DNA of 64,000 nt. Source: Eledone cirrhosa (Eukaryota). Location of the stretch: assembly GCA_964016885.1 (NCBI GenBank), contig OZ024740.1, positions 441,626,001 through 441,690,000 on the forward strand, read 5' to 3'. A model generated the notes under the pieces. That model was given only the letters and a program-made list of their open reading frames with translations. It was not told the origin of the DNA and did no database searches. The position numbers were made by a program, and so were the translations under genes. Shown piece by piece: positions 11,884 to 25,190 of this stretch; position 1 is the stretch's first letter; each line of letters starts with the position of its first letter.

Positions 11884-14800
11884 CGTTTCTGAATTTGTTT
11901 AGCAAGATTTTTTATCTGAAATCGTGTGTTGAAACCGATATTGTTATAATTTGGGAGGGTCATGTTGCCAATAAGAAACACACGCACCAGTTGCTTTCAC
12001 TTCAATTTATTATATATTTATAAATTTATAAATTTACAAATTTACAAACTTATAAATTTCTGGTTGGTTGGTTGGTTCCACAACCAGATAGTTGTTTATA
12101 TATAGTCATAGTCCTTTCGTCACACACTCTGTGACCTCTTCAGTGACTGGGGATTCCTTTCTTTGTTTCTGTGCCTTTCCTTTCTTCTATCCTACGCCAT
12201 TTTGTTTCTGTGTGTGTGTTGTGTGCTCAGTTTGCGCATGCGCCACATCCGGGTGTCTGTGTGTGTTTGTGTTCATTTATCTATTTGTTTATTTATTTAT
12301 TTATTTATTTATTGTTGGTTGGTTGTTTGTTCTATGTGTGTGTGTGTGTTTTCATTTTGTCCTGTGTGTGTTTTCATTTTGTCCTTAATTGTAAGTTGTT
12401 TGTTCTATGTGTGTGTGTGTTTTCATTTTGTCCTTAATTGTAAGTTTTGATGTTGCTGTTCCACTCATATTTTCTATTTAATTTTGGTTTTAATTCTTTT
12501 ATGCTTACTGCCTCTGTAATTTGCCTAAACATTGCGTCTTTTCTGTGTGTGGATTCTATTTTTATTTCTATGTTCTCTAATCTACCCCTGTGTTCTATCT
12601 TAGCATGTTGGTAGAGCACAGATGATTCTTTATTATCTTGGAGGTCTCGCCAGTGTTCATTTATTCGTTCCCCTATACTACGAGCTGTCTCACCTATGTA
12701 CACTATATTTTTGTTTCTACATTGTCCTTCAGTACATCTTATGCTATACACTACATTTCTAGTTTTACAGTTAATATGGGGGCTTATTTTACAGGTGATA
12801 CATTTCTTATCTATACATGAGGGTCTTTGGAACGGGTATGTCTTGCTAATAAGTGTTTTTACGGAGGTACCTGGTCTTTCTACTATCTTAATATTGAGAT
12901 TATGTTTATTTAGGGCCCTTCTAAATTTGTAGGCTAGTTCGCCTCTAGGGGTTGTATTGATGAACATTACACTCTGGTATTTATTGCTATCATACCATGA
13001 GTTTATTCTATTGGCCTTGTTCCTAGTTCTTTCTATTCTATTCCAAAATTTGCTCCTATACAAGGGGCAGGTCCCATTTATGTCATTATTTACCATTTTT
13101 TCCCATTTGGTTCTGGCTCCTTTATACACTCTGATTCTATCTCTCTGATTGTAGCCAGAGAACTGTATACGGTGGATGAAGTGTTGTATGTGTCTCTCTA
13201 GTTCTTCGGGGTTGCACATGCGGGACACATTTCTCATCACCCGTACCAAATCCGCAATCAGTATGTTGATTTTGGTATGGTCCGAAATGGCCGAGTTTCG
13301 GTGGATCAGATGTTTGGAAGTCATGGGTTTGGCATAATGGGAATGGAGGATTTGTTTTTGGTTGTTAATGGTATCTAACCAGAGCTCTGTGTCTAGTAAA
13401 GGTAATCGATGGTTGGGGTGTCTACTTGGGTAGTCTATAGTAACTCTAATGCTCTGGTGGATGGAGTTTGCTATTTGCTGGATGCTTTCCATTGTGTTTT
13501 TCTCTAGTTCCTGACTGTTCTTTAGTGGGGGTGTCTTAACTACGATGTTTATATCATCTACGTAGCGGGAGTACATTATCAGGGTTAAGCTGTCTTCTAA
13601 TTGTTCTTTAAGTTTTTGTTTAAGTCTACTGTCCCACCATACCATGAATAAGTTAGCTATGTCGCCTGCAATGATAACACCAATGGCTGCTCCTTCCTCT
13701 TGGGCATATGTTTTACCATTAAATTTGAACATATGTTCCTTAAGGGTTAATTTTATGCTGGCTCCTACCGCATGTGCAATCATTTTCTTCAGTTCATCGT
13801 GGTTTTCTGGTCCACCCGTTCCATCTATCTGTGTGGGTTTTCTTGGCCATTGAGGTAATGGTAGGTGGTCTGCTTCTTGCTGGTCTTGTAGGGCACAGGT
13901 TGCTAAGGTCATAAGTGTCTAGGTAACTATTACTATGGGTAAGCTTAAGTAGAAGTCCCAGCTCACTGGTATCAATCCCACGGAACTCAACCTTGCTCTC
14001 GTTGATCATTTCTACGCATTTCTCCACAGCAAAATCCACGTCAATAGATGGATACAGGGACACAACATCCATACTGCCTATTATGCAGTTTGTTAGGTCC
14101 CCAGATCGGTTACCCGCGCCGATTCTGCTGAGGAGGTCCTCCGTGCTGTCACACACATCTGGGGACATCTCAATGATGGGGCGTATGATCAGGGAGAGGA
14201 AGTAGGACAGTCTGTAGTTACTAGCGATGTTAGCCCCACAGACTGGCCGTGTTGGTGGTCCCGCGACAGGGTCCCAGCCCGTTTTATGGTCTTTTCGAAG
14301 CCCATACAACGCCGGCACGTCATTGTTCCAGGCCTGGAAGTTGTTGGCAGTCCTTTTGTTGGGCTGCATTATATTTGTCCACATCACCATATGGGCATTC
14401 AGGGCTTTTTCTCTATCCTCATGCTCCTGTGGTGTTACCTCTCTTGTGTTAGTGATGTGAGGTTGCATTGCCTGAATGTAGTTTGGCAGGCTGTCAACCG
14501 ACATTCTGCCAGACTTGTCTGTTGGAAAACATGCTATCTCTCCATTACGCGAGCGCTGCATAAGCTTACGCAAGCCATTTGCAGATTTTTCTCCCAGTTG
14601 CTGGGCCTCTATTCTATTATGCTTCTTGCTATACTGTTCTATAATATTTCTAAGTTCGGATTTAGCTATACTAAATTGTGCTTCTGTTTGTTCATCGACC
14701 TGCGACGGCAACTGCGTGCGTTTGTTAAATGGCAAAGTCGTGGCGTGGACTCGTCGTAGGTCGAATGATTTATCGGAGGGGTTATAAAACGGAGAGTTCC

Positions 14801-14995
14801 AGGCTGCTGCTTTATGTGTACTAGTGCTATTATTATTGTTAGTTGTGTTGTTTCTATTTCTATTTCCACCAACAGCCTCATGGTTGTTTCTATGTCTCTC
14901 ATAATTACTCCTGTCTCTTTCCACTGGCTCAATGTTGTTATCTACCCTATTTTGTGTGTCTGTGTGTTCGTCTTGGTTATTCTCTTTGTCCTTAA
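11878..14995 (-). mobile_element. Penelope-like element copy A (RT, GIY-YIG, pLTR), inverted duplicate of 15430-18547
   Basis: SMDVVSLYPSID, YSRYVDD, NVVYSIRC...VYIGET; coordinates mirror copy B exactly (sum 30425). Confidence 0.95.
12104..12148 (-). ncRNA. Minimal type I hammerhead ribozyme in pLTR A
   Basis: AGUCA CUGAAGA G GUCACA gagug UGUGAC GAAA GGAC UA UGACU. Confidence 0.75.
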
Positions 14996-17900
14996 CAACA
15001 ATAACAACAACACACACATCAACAACAACAACAATAGCAACATACCCAGATACAACAACAACAGACACGCAGACACAAACAACAATAACAACACACACAA
15101 CAACGATAACACACACGGAGACAACAATAACAACAACACACACATCAACAACAACAACAATAGTAACATACCCAGATACAACAACAACAGACACGCAGAC
15201 ACAAACAACAATAACAACACACACAACAACGATAACACACACTGAGACAACAACAACACACATCAACAACAACACACATCAACAACAACAACACACACGC
15301 ATTCAATGCCTCTCACCACCACCACAATCTTAACAAACACACAGACACAGAAAACAAGTAACGACAGTAGCACAGAAATCAGAGAAATAAGAGAAAGTAA
15401 TAGGATTAAAAGGAAAAGGAGATGGGAGATTAAGGACAAAGAGAATAACCAAGACGAACACACAGACACACAAAATAGGGTAGATAACAACATTGAGCCA
15501 GTGGAAAGAGACAGGAGTAATTATGAGAGACATAGAAACAACCATGAGGCTGTTGGTGGAAATAGAAATAGAAACAACACAACTAACAATAATAATAGCA
15601 CTAGTACACATAAAGCAGCAGCCTGGAACTCTCCGTTTTATAACCCCTCCGATAAATCATTCGACCTACGACGAGTCCACGCCACGACTTTGCCATTTAA
15701 CAAACGCACGCAGTTGCCGTCGCAGGTCGATGAACAAACAGAAGCACAATTTAGTATAGCTAAATCCGAACTTAGAAATATTATAGAACAGTATAGCAAG
15801 AAGCATAATAGAATAGAGGCCCAGCAACTGGGAGAAAAATCTGCAAATGGCTTGTGTAAGCTCATGCAGCGCTCGCGTAATGGAGAGATAGCATGTTTTC
15901 CAACAGACAAGTCTGGCAGAATGTCGGTTGACAGCCTGCCAAACTACATTCAGGCAATGCAACCCCACATCACTAACACAAGAGAGGTAACACCACAGGA
16001 GCATGAGGATAGAGAAAAAGCCCTGAATGCCCATATGGTGATGTGGACAAATATAATGCAGCCCAACAAAAGGACTGCCAACAACTTCCAGGCCTGGAAC
16101 AATGACGTGCCGGCGTTGTATGGGCTTCGAAAAGACCATAAAACGGGCTGGGACCCTGTCGCGGGACCACCAACACGGCCAGTCTGTGGGGCTAACATTG
16201 CTAGTAACTACAGACTGTCCTACTTCCTCTCCCTGATCATTCGCCCCATCATTGAGATGTCCCCAGATGTGTGTGACAGCACGGAGGACCTCCTCAGCAG
16301 AATCGGCGCGGCTAACCGATCTGGGGACCTAACAAACTGCATAATAGGCAGTATCGATGTTGTGTCCCTGTATCCATCTATTGACGTGGATTTTGCTGTG
16401 GAGAAATGCGTAGAAATGATCAACGAGAGCAAGGTTGAGTTCCGTGGGATTGATACCAGTGAGCTGGGACTTCTACTTAAGCTTACCCATAGTAATAGTT
16501 ACCTAGACACTTATGACCTTAGCAACCTGTGCCCTACAAGACCAGCAAGAAGCAGACCACCTACCATTACCTCAATGGCCAAGAAAACCCACACAGATAG
16601 ATGGAACGGGTGGACCAGAAAACCACGATGAACTGAAGAAAATGATTGCACATGCGGTAGGAGCCAGCATAAAATTAACCCTTAAGGAACATATGTTCAA
16701 ATTTAATGGTAAAACCTATGCCCAAGAGGAAGGAGCAGCCATTGGTGTTAGCATTGCAGGCGACATAGCTAACTTATTCATGGTATGGTGGGACAGTAGA
16801 CTTAAACAAAAACTTAAAGAACAATTAGAAGACAGCTTAACCCTGATAATGTACTCCCGCTACGTAGATGATATAAACATCGTAGTTAAGACACCCCCAC
16901 TAAAGAACAGTCAGGAACTAGAGAAAAACACAATGGAAAGCATCCAGCAAATAGCAAACTCCATCCACCAGAGCATTAGAGTTACTATAGACTACCCAAG
17001 TAGACACCCCAACCATCGATTACCTTTACTAGACACAGAGCTCTGGTTAGATACCATTAACAACCAAAAACAAATCCTCCATTCCCATTATGCCAAACCC
17101 ATGACTTCCAAACATCTGATCCACCGAAACTCGGCCATTTCGGACCATACCAAAATCAACATACTGATTGCGGATTTGGTACGGGTGATGAGAAATGTGT
17201 CCCGCATGTGCAACCCCGAAGAACTAGAGAGACACATACAACACTTCATCCACCGTATACAGTTCTCTGGCTACAATCAGAGAGATAGAATCAGAGTGTA
17301 TAAAGGAGCCAGAACCAAATGGGAAAAAATGGTAAATAATGACATAAATGGGACCTGCCCCTTGTATAGGAGCAAATTTTGGAATAGAATAGAAAGAACT
17401 AGGAACAAGGCCAATAGAATAAACTCATGGTATGATAGCAATAAATACCAGAGTGTAATGTTCATCAATACAACCCCTAGAGGCGAACTAGCCTACAAAT
17501 TTAGAAGGGCCCTAAATAAACATAATCTCAATATTAAGATAGTAGAAAGACCAGGTACCTCCGTAAAAACACTTATTAGCAAGACATACCCGTTCCAAAG
17601 ACCCTCATGTATAGATAAGAAATGTATCACCTGTAAAATAAGCCCCCATATTAACTGTAAAACTAGAAATGTAGTGTATAGCATAAGATGTACTGAAGGA
17701 CAATGTAGAAACAAAAATATAGTGTACATAGGTGAGACAGCTCGTAGTATAGGGGAACGAATAAATGAACACTGGCGAGACCTCCAAGATAATAAAGAAT
17801 CATCTGTGCTCTACCAACATGCTAAGATACAACACAGGGGTAGATTAGAGAACATAGAAATAAAAATAGAATCCACACACAGAAAAGACGCAATGTTTAG

Positions 17901-18461
17901 GCAAATTACAGAGGCAGTAAGCATAAAAGAATTAAAACCAAAATTAAATAGAAAATATGAGTGGAACAGCAACATCAAAACTTACAATTAAGGACAAAAT
18001 GAAAACACACACACACATAGAACAAACAACTTACAATTAAGGACAAAATGAAAACACACACAGGACAAAATGAAAACACACACACACACATAGAACAAAC
18101 AACCAACCAACAATAAATAAATAAATAAATAAATAAACAAATAGATAAATGAACACAAACACACACAGACACCCGGATGTGGCGCATGCGCAAACTGAGC
18201 ACACAACACACACACAGAAACAAAATGGCGTAGGATAGAAGAAAGGAAAGGCACAGAAACAAAGAAAGGAATCCCCAGTCACTGAAGAGGTCACAGAGTG
18301 TGTGACGAAAGGACTATGACTATATATAAACAACTATCTGGTTGTGGAACCAACCAACCAACCAGAAATTTATAAGTTTGTAAATTTGTAAATTTATAAA
18401 TTTATAAATATATAATAAATTGAAGTGAAAGCAACTGGTGCGTGTGTTTCTTATTGGCAAC
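14994..18461 (+). mobile_element. Penelope-like element copy B, 5'-truncated (RT, GIY-YIG, pLTR)
   Basis: ORFs 15306-16631 and 16513-17991 are split by a 17-nt deletion near 16619; pLTR 17992-18461 carries an HHR. Confidence 0.95.
18277..18321 (+). ncRNA. Minimal type I hammerhead ribozyme in pLTR B
   Basis: stem I AGUCA/UGACU, 6-bp stem II, CUGAAGA and GAAA core, predicted cut after CUA at 18316. Confidence 0.75.
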
Positions 18462-21364
18462 ATGACCCTCCCAAATTATAACAATATCGGTTTCAACACA
18501 CGATTTCAGATAAAAAATCTTGCTAAACAAATTCAGAAACGAAATATCGTAAGCCTTAGCCAGGCTAACAAGATACTGAAAACCACCATGTTCTGTTGTC
18601 TACGAAAAACCATAACATCTCGACAACTACACTTCATAAAACTGTGCACCACCTCTAGAATCTACACCAACACCATCAATACCGACGTTAGAAGATTACA
18701 ACTCACCAAAAAACAAGCAGATAGGCTAAAACGAACTTTAATTCTAAACATAAAAAAGAAGATCTATAGAGAATTAAGTCATCAAGAAAAACAAAAGCGT
18801 AACCTAATACAAGAAATAGCTAAAATCACCACACCAACAGAAAAACTAATATTTATAAGCCTTATACGCCCCGAAGAACAGTACATTACTCAAGAATGTG
18901 ATAAGCACTTTAACAGAAAACTAAAGTGGATTAAACATGCAAAGCTAAATCGGGATACTATAGAGTATACCAATAGATATCCCGACAAAATTGACGGTAT
19001 CAACATGGCCGACACCTCATTATCAGAAGAGTTCAACAACGAAAATACCATCATTTATGGAAACACGGAAATAGATAATAATGAAATGACTGTGTTATGG
19101 CTGCCGCCAAAATTTCCGACATTCAAGAAGGTAAATATGATTAGTTGTCTGTCAGAAATAGAAAAATCATTTACAAAACTACGCTGGAGCATCAAAAACA
19201 AAAGCAACAATATACGCACACACATATACAACACACATCCCAACAACAACAGACACAGAGACACAAACAACAATAACAACAACACACACATCAACAACAA
19301 CAACAATAGCAACATACCCAGATACAACAACAACAGACACGCAGACACAAACAACAATAACAACACACACAACAACGATAACACACACGGAGACAACAAC
19401 AATAACAACACATCAACAACAACACACATCAACAACAACAACACACACGCATTCAATGCTTTTCACCACCACCACAATCTTAACAAACACACAGACACAG
19501 AAAACAAGTAACGACAGTAGCACAGAAATCAGAGAAATAAGAGAAAGTAATAGGATTAAAAGGAAAAGGAGATGGGAGACTAAGGACAAAGAGAATAACC
19601 AAGACGAACACACAGACACACAAAATAGGGTAGATAACAACATTGAGCCAGTGGAAAGAGACAGGAGTAATTATGAGAGACATAGAAACAACCATGAGGC
19701 TGTTGGTGGAAATAGAAATAGAAACAACACAACTAACAATAATAATAGCACTAGTACACATAAAGCAGCAGCCTGGAACTCTCCGTTTTATAACCCCTCC
19801 GATAAATCATTCAACCTACGACGAGTCCACGCCACGACTTTGCCATTTAACAAACGCACGCAGTTGCCGTCGCAGGTCGATGAACAAACAGAAGCACAAT
19901 TTAGTATAGCTAAATCCGAACTTAGAAATATTATAGAACAGTATAGCAAGAAGCATAATAGAATAGAGGCCCAGCAACTGGGAGAAAAATCTGCAAATGG
20001 CTTGCGTAAGCTCATGCAGCGCTCGCGTAATGGAGAGATAGCATGTTTTCCAACAGACAAGTCTGGCAGAATGTCGGTTGACAGCCTGCCAAACTACATT
20101 CAGGCAATGCAACGCCACATCACTAACACAAGAGAGGTAACACCACAGGAGCATGAGGATAGAGAAAAAGCCCTGAATGCCCATATGGTGATGTGGACAA
20201 ATATAATGCAGCCCAACAAAAGGACTGCCAACAACTTCCAGGCCTGGAACAATGACGTGCCGGCGTTGTATGGGCTTCGAAAAGACCATAAAACGGGCTG
20301 GGACCCTGTCACGGGACCACCAACACGGCCAGTCTGTGGGGCTAACATTGCTAGTAACTACAGACTGTCCTACTTCCTCTCCCTGATCATACGCCCCATC
20401 ATTGAGATGTCCCCAGATGTGTGTGACAGCACGGAGGACCTCCTCAGCAGAATCGGCGCGGGTAACCGATCTGGGGACCTAACAAACTGCATAATAGGCA
20501 GTATGGATGTTGTGTCCCTGTATCCATCTATTGACGTGGATTTTGCTGTGGAGAAATGCGTAGAAATGATCAGCGAGAGCAAGGTTGAGTTCCGTGGGCT
20601 TGATACCAGTGAGCTGGGACTTCTACTTAAGCTTACCCATAGTAATAGTTACCTAGACACTTATGACCTTAGCAACCTGTGCCCTACAAGACCAGCAAGA
20701 AGTAGACTACCTACCATTACCTCAATGGCCAAGAAAACCCACACAGATAGATGTAACGGGTGGACCAGAGCCATACGGACACCCGAAAACCACGATGAAC
20801 TGAAGAAAATGATTGCACATGCGGTAGGAGCCAGCATAAAATTAACCCTTAAGGAACATATGTTCAAATTTAATGGTAAAACATATGCCCAAGAGGAAGG
20901 AGCAGCCATTGGTGTTAGCATTGCAGGCGACATAGCTAACTTATTCATGGTATGGTGGGACACACACACACATAGAACAAACAACCAACCAACAATAAAT
21001 AAATAAATAAATAAACAAATAGATAAATGAACACAAACACACACAGACACCCGGATATGGCGCATGCGCAAACTGAGCACACAACACACACACAGAAACA
21101 AAATGGCGTAGGATAGAAGAAAGGAAAGGCACAGAAACAAAGAAAGGAATCACCAGTCACTGAAGAGGTCACAGAGTGTGTGACGAAAGGACTATGACTA
21201 TATATAAACAACTATCTGGTTGTGGAACCAACCAACCAACCAGAAATTTATAAGCTTGTAAATTTGTAAATTTATAAATTTATAAATATATAATAAATTG
21301 AAGTGAAAGCAACTGGTGCGCGTGTGTTTTTTATTGGCAACATGACCCTCCCAAAGTATAACAA
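18462..21364 (+). mobile_element. Penelope-like element copy C (N-terminus and partial RT, internal deletion, pLTR)
   Basis: ATG at 18462; RT breaks at VWWD (about 20963) and jumps into the pLTR; ends about 23 nt into the next ORF start, then (TA)n. Confidence 0.93.
21155..21199 (+). ncRNA. Minimal type I hammerhead ribozyme in pLTR C
   Basis: same motif as 18277-18321. Confidence 0.75.
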
Positions 21365-21371
21365 TATATAT

Positions 21372-21820
21372 ATATATATATTTATTTATTAAAATAACAG
21401 ATTAAAGTTTAAGCAAAGAATCGCTGCTTTCACCCTTAACGGGATATTCTGAAACTAACAAAGTCAATCTGTAAACGCAGAAGTGGATATTTCAAAAAAC
21501 GTTGCAACGGGAGGAAGACAGGAAGACGATACTTTGGTTCGTGGAAACGTTCGCTGGCAAAGAACGGGAAAAAAACGAATATAATACAACATTATTTGGA
21601 GCGGTCAAAAAAATGACACGCAAAGACAAAACCACGTTTATGGTATAAAAGAAGTCGTAGACTAATGTTCTTTTAGGTGGTTCATAGAGAAGTTCTCTGG
21701 CAATGAACGGAAAAAACGAAGATCATACGTCATATGTGGAGCGTGGAGAACAATTGCATGCAAAGACAAAACCACGTAAATGGTATAACTGAAGTCGTAG
21801 ACTAAAATTCTAACTAGGAA
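21372..21820. repeat. Unclassified interspersed repeat, second copy at about 62630-62952
   Basis: about 330 bp shared with 62630-62952; internal direct duplication at 21550-21810. Confidence 0.75.
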
Positions 21821-22255
21821 ACCTAATGATACTCGGTTTCAGAGTAAATATATATATATAAACATGTATATATAAGTAAGTATATATATATATAAACATG
21901 TTCAATGGCTAGTCTGAAGAGCAGATCGATAATGGAATTGTGTCCATATCTATGTATAATCCTGAAACAAACCTCTGCAAAACGTGCGTAACAGATCGAT
22001 ACACAATTAAAAAAAAGGTAAACACATGTAGGAAACTTCATGATGCTCTAATGCGATATGATGACATAAAATAGCTTATATAATAGGGTAAAGATGGAAA
22101 AAGTAGCTGCCATGTATCTGCGTATGAAGAGAGTATGAGAGAAGGGTTAGAAATATTAAGGAAAATTTAAGTGTCATGTACCTAGAATTATGCATTTTAA
22201 CCGCAAATATAAATATGACAAGCCTAAAAAGAGGATCCAATAAGTTTTCACTTAC

Positions 22256-22373
22256 TTCAAGGGGTTTATTCATTATACCAACACCAGAATGAGGATTAAC
22301 TGCAAAAGCATGTGTAGTCCATTTTGTGATACTGTCTGGAATAGTCTTCGTAATATTAACTTCTCCATTTAGC
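22256..22373 (-). CDS. TEP/A2M-family exon (LNGEVNITKTIPDSITKWTTHAFAVNPHSGVGIMNKPLE)
   Basis: tag/gtaagt; 118 nt, phase 2 to 0; canonical PDSIT-x-W motif. Confidence 0.95.
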
Positions 22374-22687
22374 CTATTAAAGAGAACTTTCTAAAATCAG
22401 TTTAATCGTTTGGGGTAGTTGTTTTTTTTTTCTCTTTTTTTTCTTCATTATTAACTGCTAGGTCTGGGGGAGCCATGGTGTAAAATTTACATCAAATATA
22501 TATATATATTTGTGTGTGTGTGTATATAAGTGTAATAAATGATTAAGTATTGTATATGATTGAACAATATATATTGTAGTCAGCATATGTAGACTATTAT
22601 AATAATTACAGAAACATATGTTAAAGCAAATAAATTCCTAATATCTTCACATCGACGTTTTATTTTTCTTGGTGCAATACTTGCTTG

Positions 22688-22727
<40 letters not shown>

Positions 22728-22732
<5 letters not shown>

Positions 22733-23128
22733 ATACTTGGGAGGGTCATATTTGTGTAATATTGCCAGAATTAATAACCGAACACACTAACTGTTTGGTT
22801 GGTTTTCGCTTCTGTGTCTTTTATATCGGTTAATTTAATTTATTCGGTCCTCAATGTTGCCATTGACTGACCAACGGTCAAAAATACAGATACAATATAG
22901 ACACAAACACATATATATAGTCTATCAAGTTCTTTCGTTGCACATCTGCAACATCGTCAGTGGTGCTATTGTTTCCTCCCGTTGCATTGTATGTCTACGC
23001 CATCTTTATTTAGTCTGTTTATATATTTATTTATTTGTTTTGTTTTTTTTTGTCTTCTTTGCGCAAGCGTTTGCGTGTGTGTATAGTGTTTTGTTTGATG
23101 TGTGTTCGTGTTTGGGTGACTGTGAATT

Positions 23129-23132
<4 letters not shown>
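22728..23132 (-). mobile_element. Solo pLTR of a sister Penelope family with a degenerate HHR (22924-22965); related fragment at 62396-62500 (+)
   Basis: shares the atgaccctcccaa-tataacaa ORF start; CUGACGA U GUUGCA/UGCAAC GAAA with poor stem I; (TA)n on both sides. Confidence 0.65.
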
Positions 23133-23191
<59 letters not shown>

Positions 23192-23482
23192 ACATCAGAA
23201 TGAGCTTTCCTGTTAACTTTTAATTTGGAAGATGGCCTCAACAATATATTTTTATACAATACTGTCCTTTCCATAAATTATGCCATAAATCAACATTAGT
23301 TCTAATTGTTTAATAATAATCTTTTTAAAACAAATGATTAGAAATAATGGTTGTGTAATTTCCTTTTCTGAATTTCCAAATGCTCGTTTCTTTACAAGTA
23401 ATAATATCAGACTTAATCATAAAGATCTGTTCTCACTAAAACTACATCAATTGTCTGGCCTTAATTTGATTCTTTTACTTAC

Positions 23483-23618
23483 CCTGCATGTTCTTCGTTC
23501 CATATCCATGTTTCAGGGAAGAACATTCTTATTTTTGGACTCTTTGGTCTTCTGGAGTCCCTGACTTCACTTAGGGAATTTTGCACGTTGAAGCGCATGG
23601 GTGCAGCCTGATGTCTTT
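23483..23618 (-). CDS. TEP/A2M-family exon, bait-like region plus IRMFFPETWIW
   Basis: cag/gtaagt; 136 nt, phase 1 to 2; canonical R-x-x-FPETWIW motif. Confidence 0.95.
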
Positions 23619-24349
23619 CTGTAATGATAAATAGAAACATTTCTCATAAAACATCATTGTTTTGTGTGTGTATGAGTGAGTATAAATATATATACGTCTA
23701 TATCTGAATTCTTTGTAACATCATTTGAAATATTTCATAGAAACAGTTAAGATTTATGTCTTTCTTCATTAATTTATTTCCTATATTTTATAAGTTATTT
23801 ATTGTTTGTTTTACTAAGATTTGAACGGATCTGTTCCAGAACAGCGCCTTGTCCTGTATCAGTGGTCAACACTTACACCCAATAAACCACCAATCTTTGG
23901 TTTGTATTATTTAAGGAGTTTTAGGGGCGTCAAGTTTTAATTTTGCAGCTTGATGCTTTTCTCCTCACCAACCACTTTACAGCATGGACTAGATGCATTT
24001 TCTCCAACTACCAGCACTAAAAGAGATTTTATGATACTGCACTAAATACATTATAATTTCAATTGTTGTTGCTGTTGTTATTGTATAGTAATAGATCAGA
24101 TCTGATTGAGAAGCTGTATGATACACAGCTAAACAGATGACCACACTCAACATACAGATCTGTTTTGCCAGTTATATGCCCCCACCTAACTATCGACCAA
24201 ACTGTATATTTCGACATGAAATTATGAATTATATGGACTTTAGTGTTAACATACTACACACTATCCCGCAGTCCAATCTATTTCTCTTCTTTTCTAGATT
24301 CTGCTCACTTCAATTCTTCTCAGCTGTGTTGTTTACCAACAGTTTGACA

Positions 24350-24672
24350 TTGCTTAACTATTGTGTAACCATTATGTAACTATTGTTTAACTATTGTGTA
24401 ACTATTGTGTAACTATTGTGTAACTATTATGTAACTATTGTGTAACTAGTGTGTAATTATTATGTAACTATTGTTTAACTATTTGTAACTGTTGTGTAAC
24501 CATTATGTAACTATTGTTTAACTATTGTGTAACTATTGTGTAACTATTGTGTAACTATTATGTAACTATTGTTTAACTATTGTGTAACTATTGTGTAACT
24601 ATTATGTAACTATTGTTTAACTATTGTGTAACTATTGTTTAAATATTGTGTAACATTGTGTAACTATTGTTT
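24350..24672. repeat. 11-bp minisatellite (taactattgtg variants)
   Basis: direct tandem units. Confidence 0.95.
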
Positions 24673-25012
24673 GCTATCAGAACTTATCAATTTGTAGTTT
24701 TGCTTACTAATGCATACTAATATTACAAAGACCACATCTTTAATTGACAATCAATATTTTACAACCAATGTCATTTATAAACGTCCTTGTCACATGGCAA
24801 ACATTATCATTTTCCAATTTTGAATAGGGAAATTGAAAACTCAGGAACATATGTATTAAAAAGTTGGAATCCATAGCGATATTTCAACTTCAACTGATAA
24901 AGTGACCTAACTGCCTGTGACGTTTAATTCTGCTAATTTCTACAATTATAATTCTGTTAATTATAACTCAGAAATTGTATTGTGTTAGTGAATGATTTAT
25001 AATGTGACATAC

Positions 25013-25076
25013 CGTAATTAACTCTACGCCTCAAATTACAGTCTGGGAAATTATTAAATGCACTTAAACCATAATG
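25013..25076 (-). CDS. TEP/A2M-family exon (HYGLSAFNNFPDCNLRRRVNY)
   Basis: ttttaattttcag acceptor and gtatgt donor; 64 nt; supplies the phase 0 to 1 change needed between its neighbours. Confidence 0.72.
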
Positions 25077-25190
25077 CTGAAAATTAAAATAGAATAAACG
25101 CATATTAGAGATTTTTGAATTTCTGAAATCCTGGTAAGAGATTCTCGCGACATTTAGTTTCAGGGAATAATACTTACATGCAGTAAATAA

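Noticed and set aside
14996-15275. Val-rich hydrophobic N-terminus of ORF 13794-15275
   Set aside because: Antisense read of the low-complexity spacer fused across the inversion junction.
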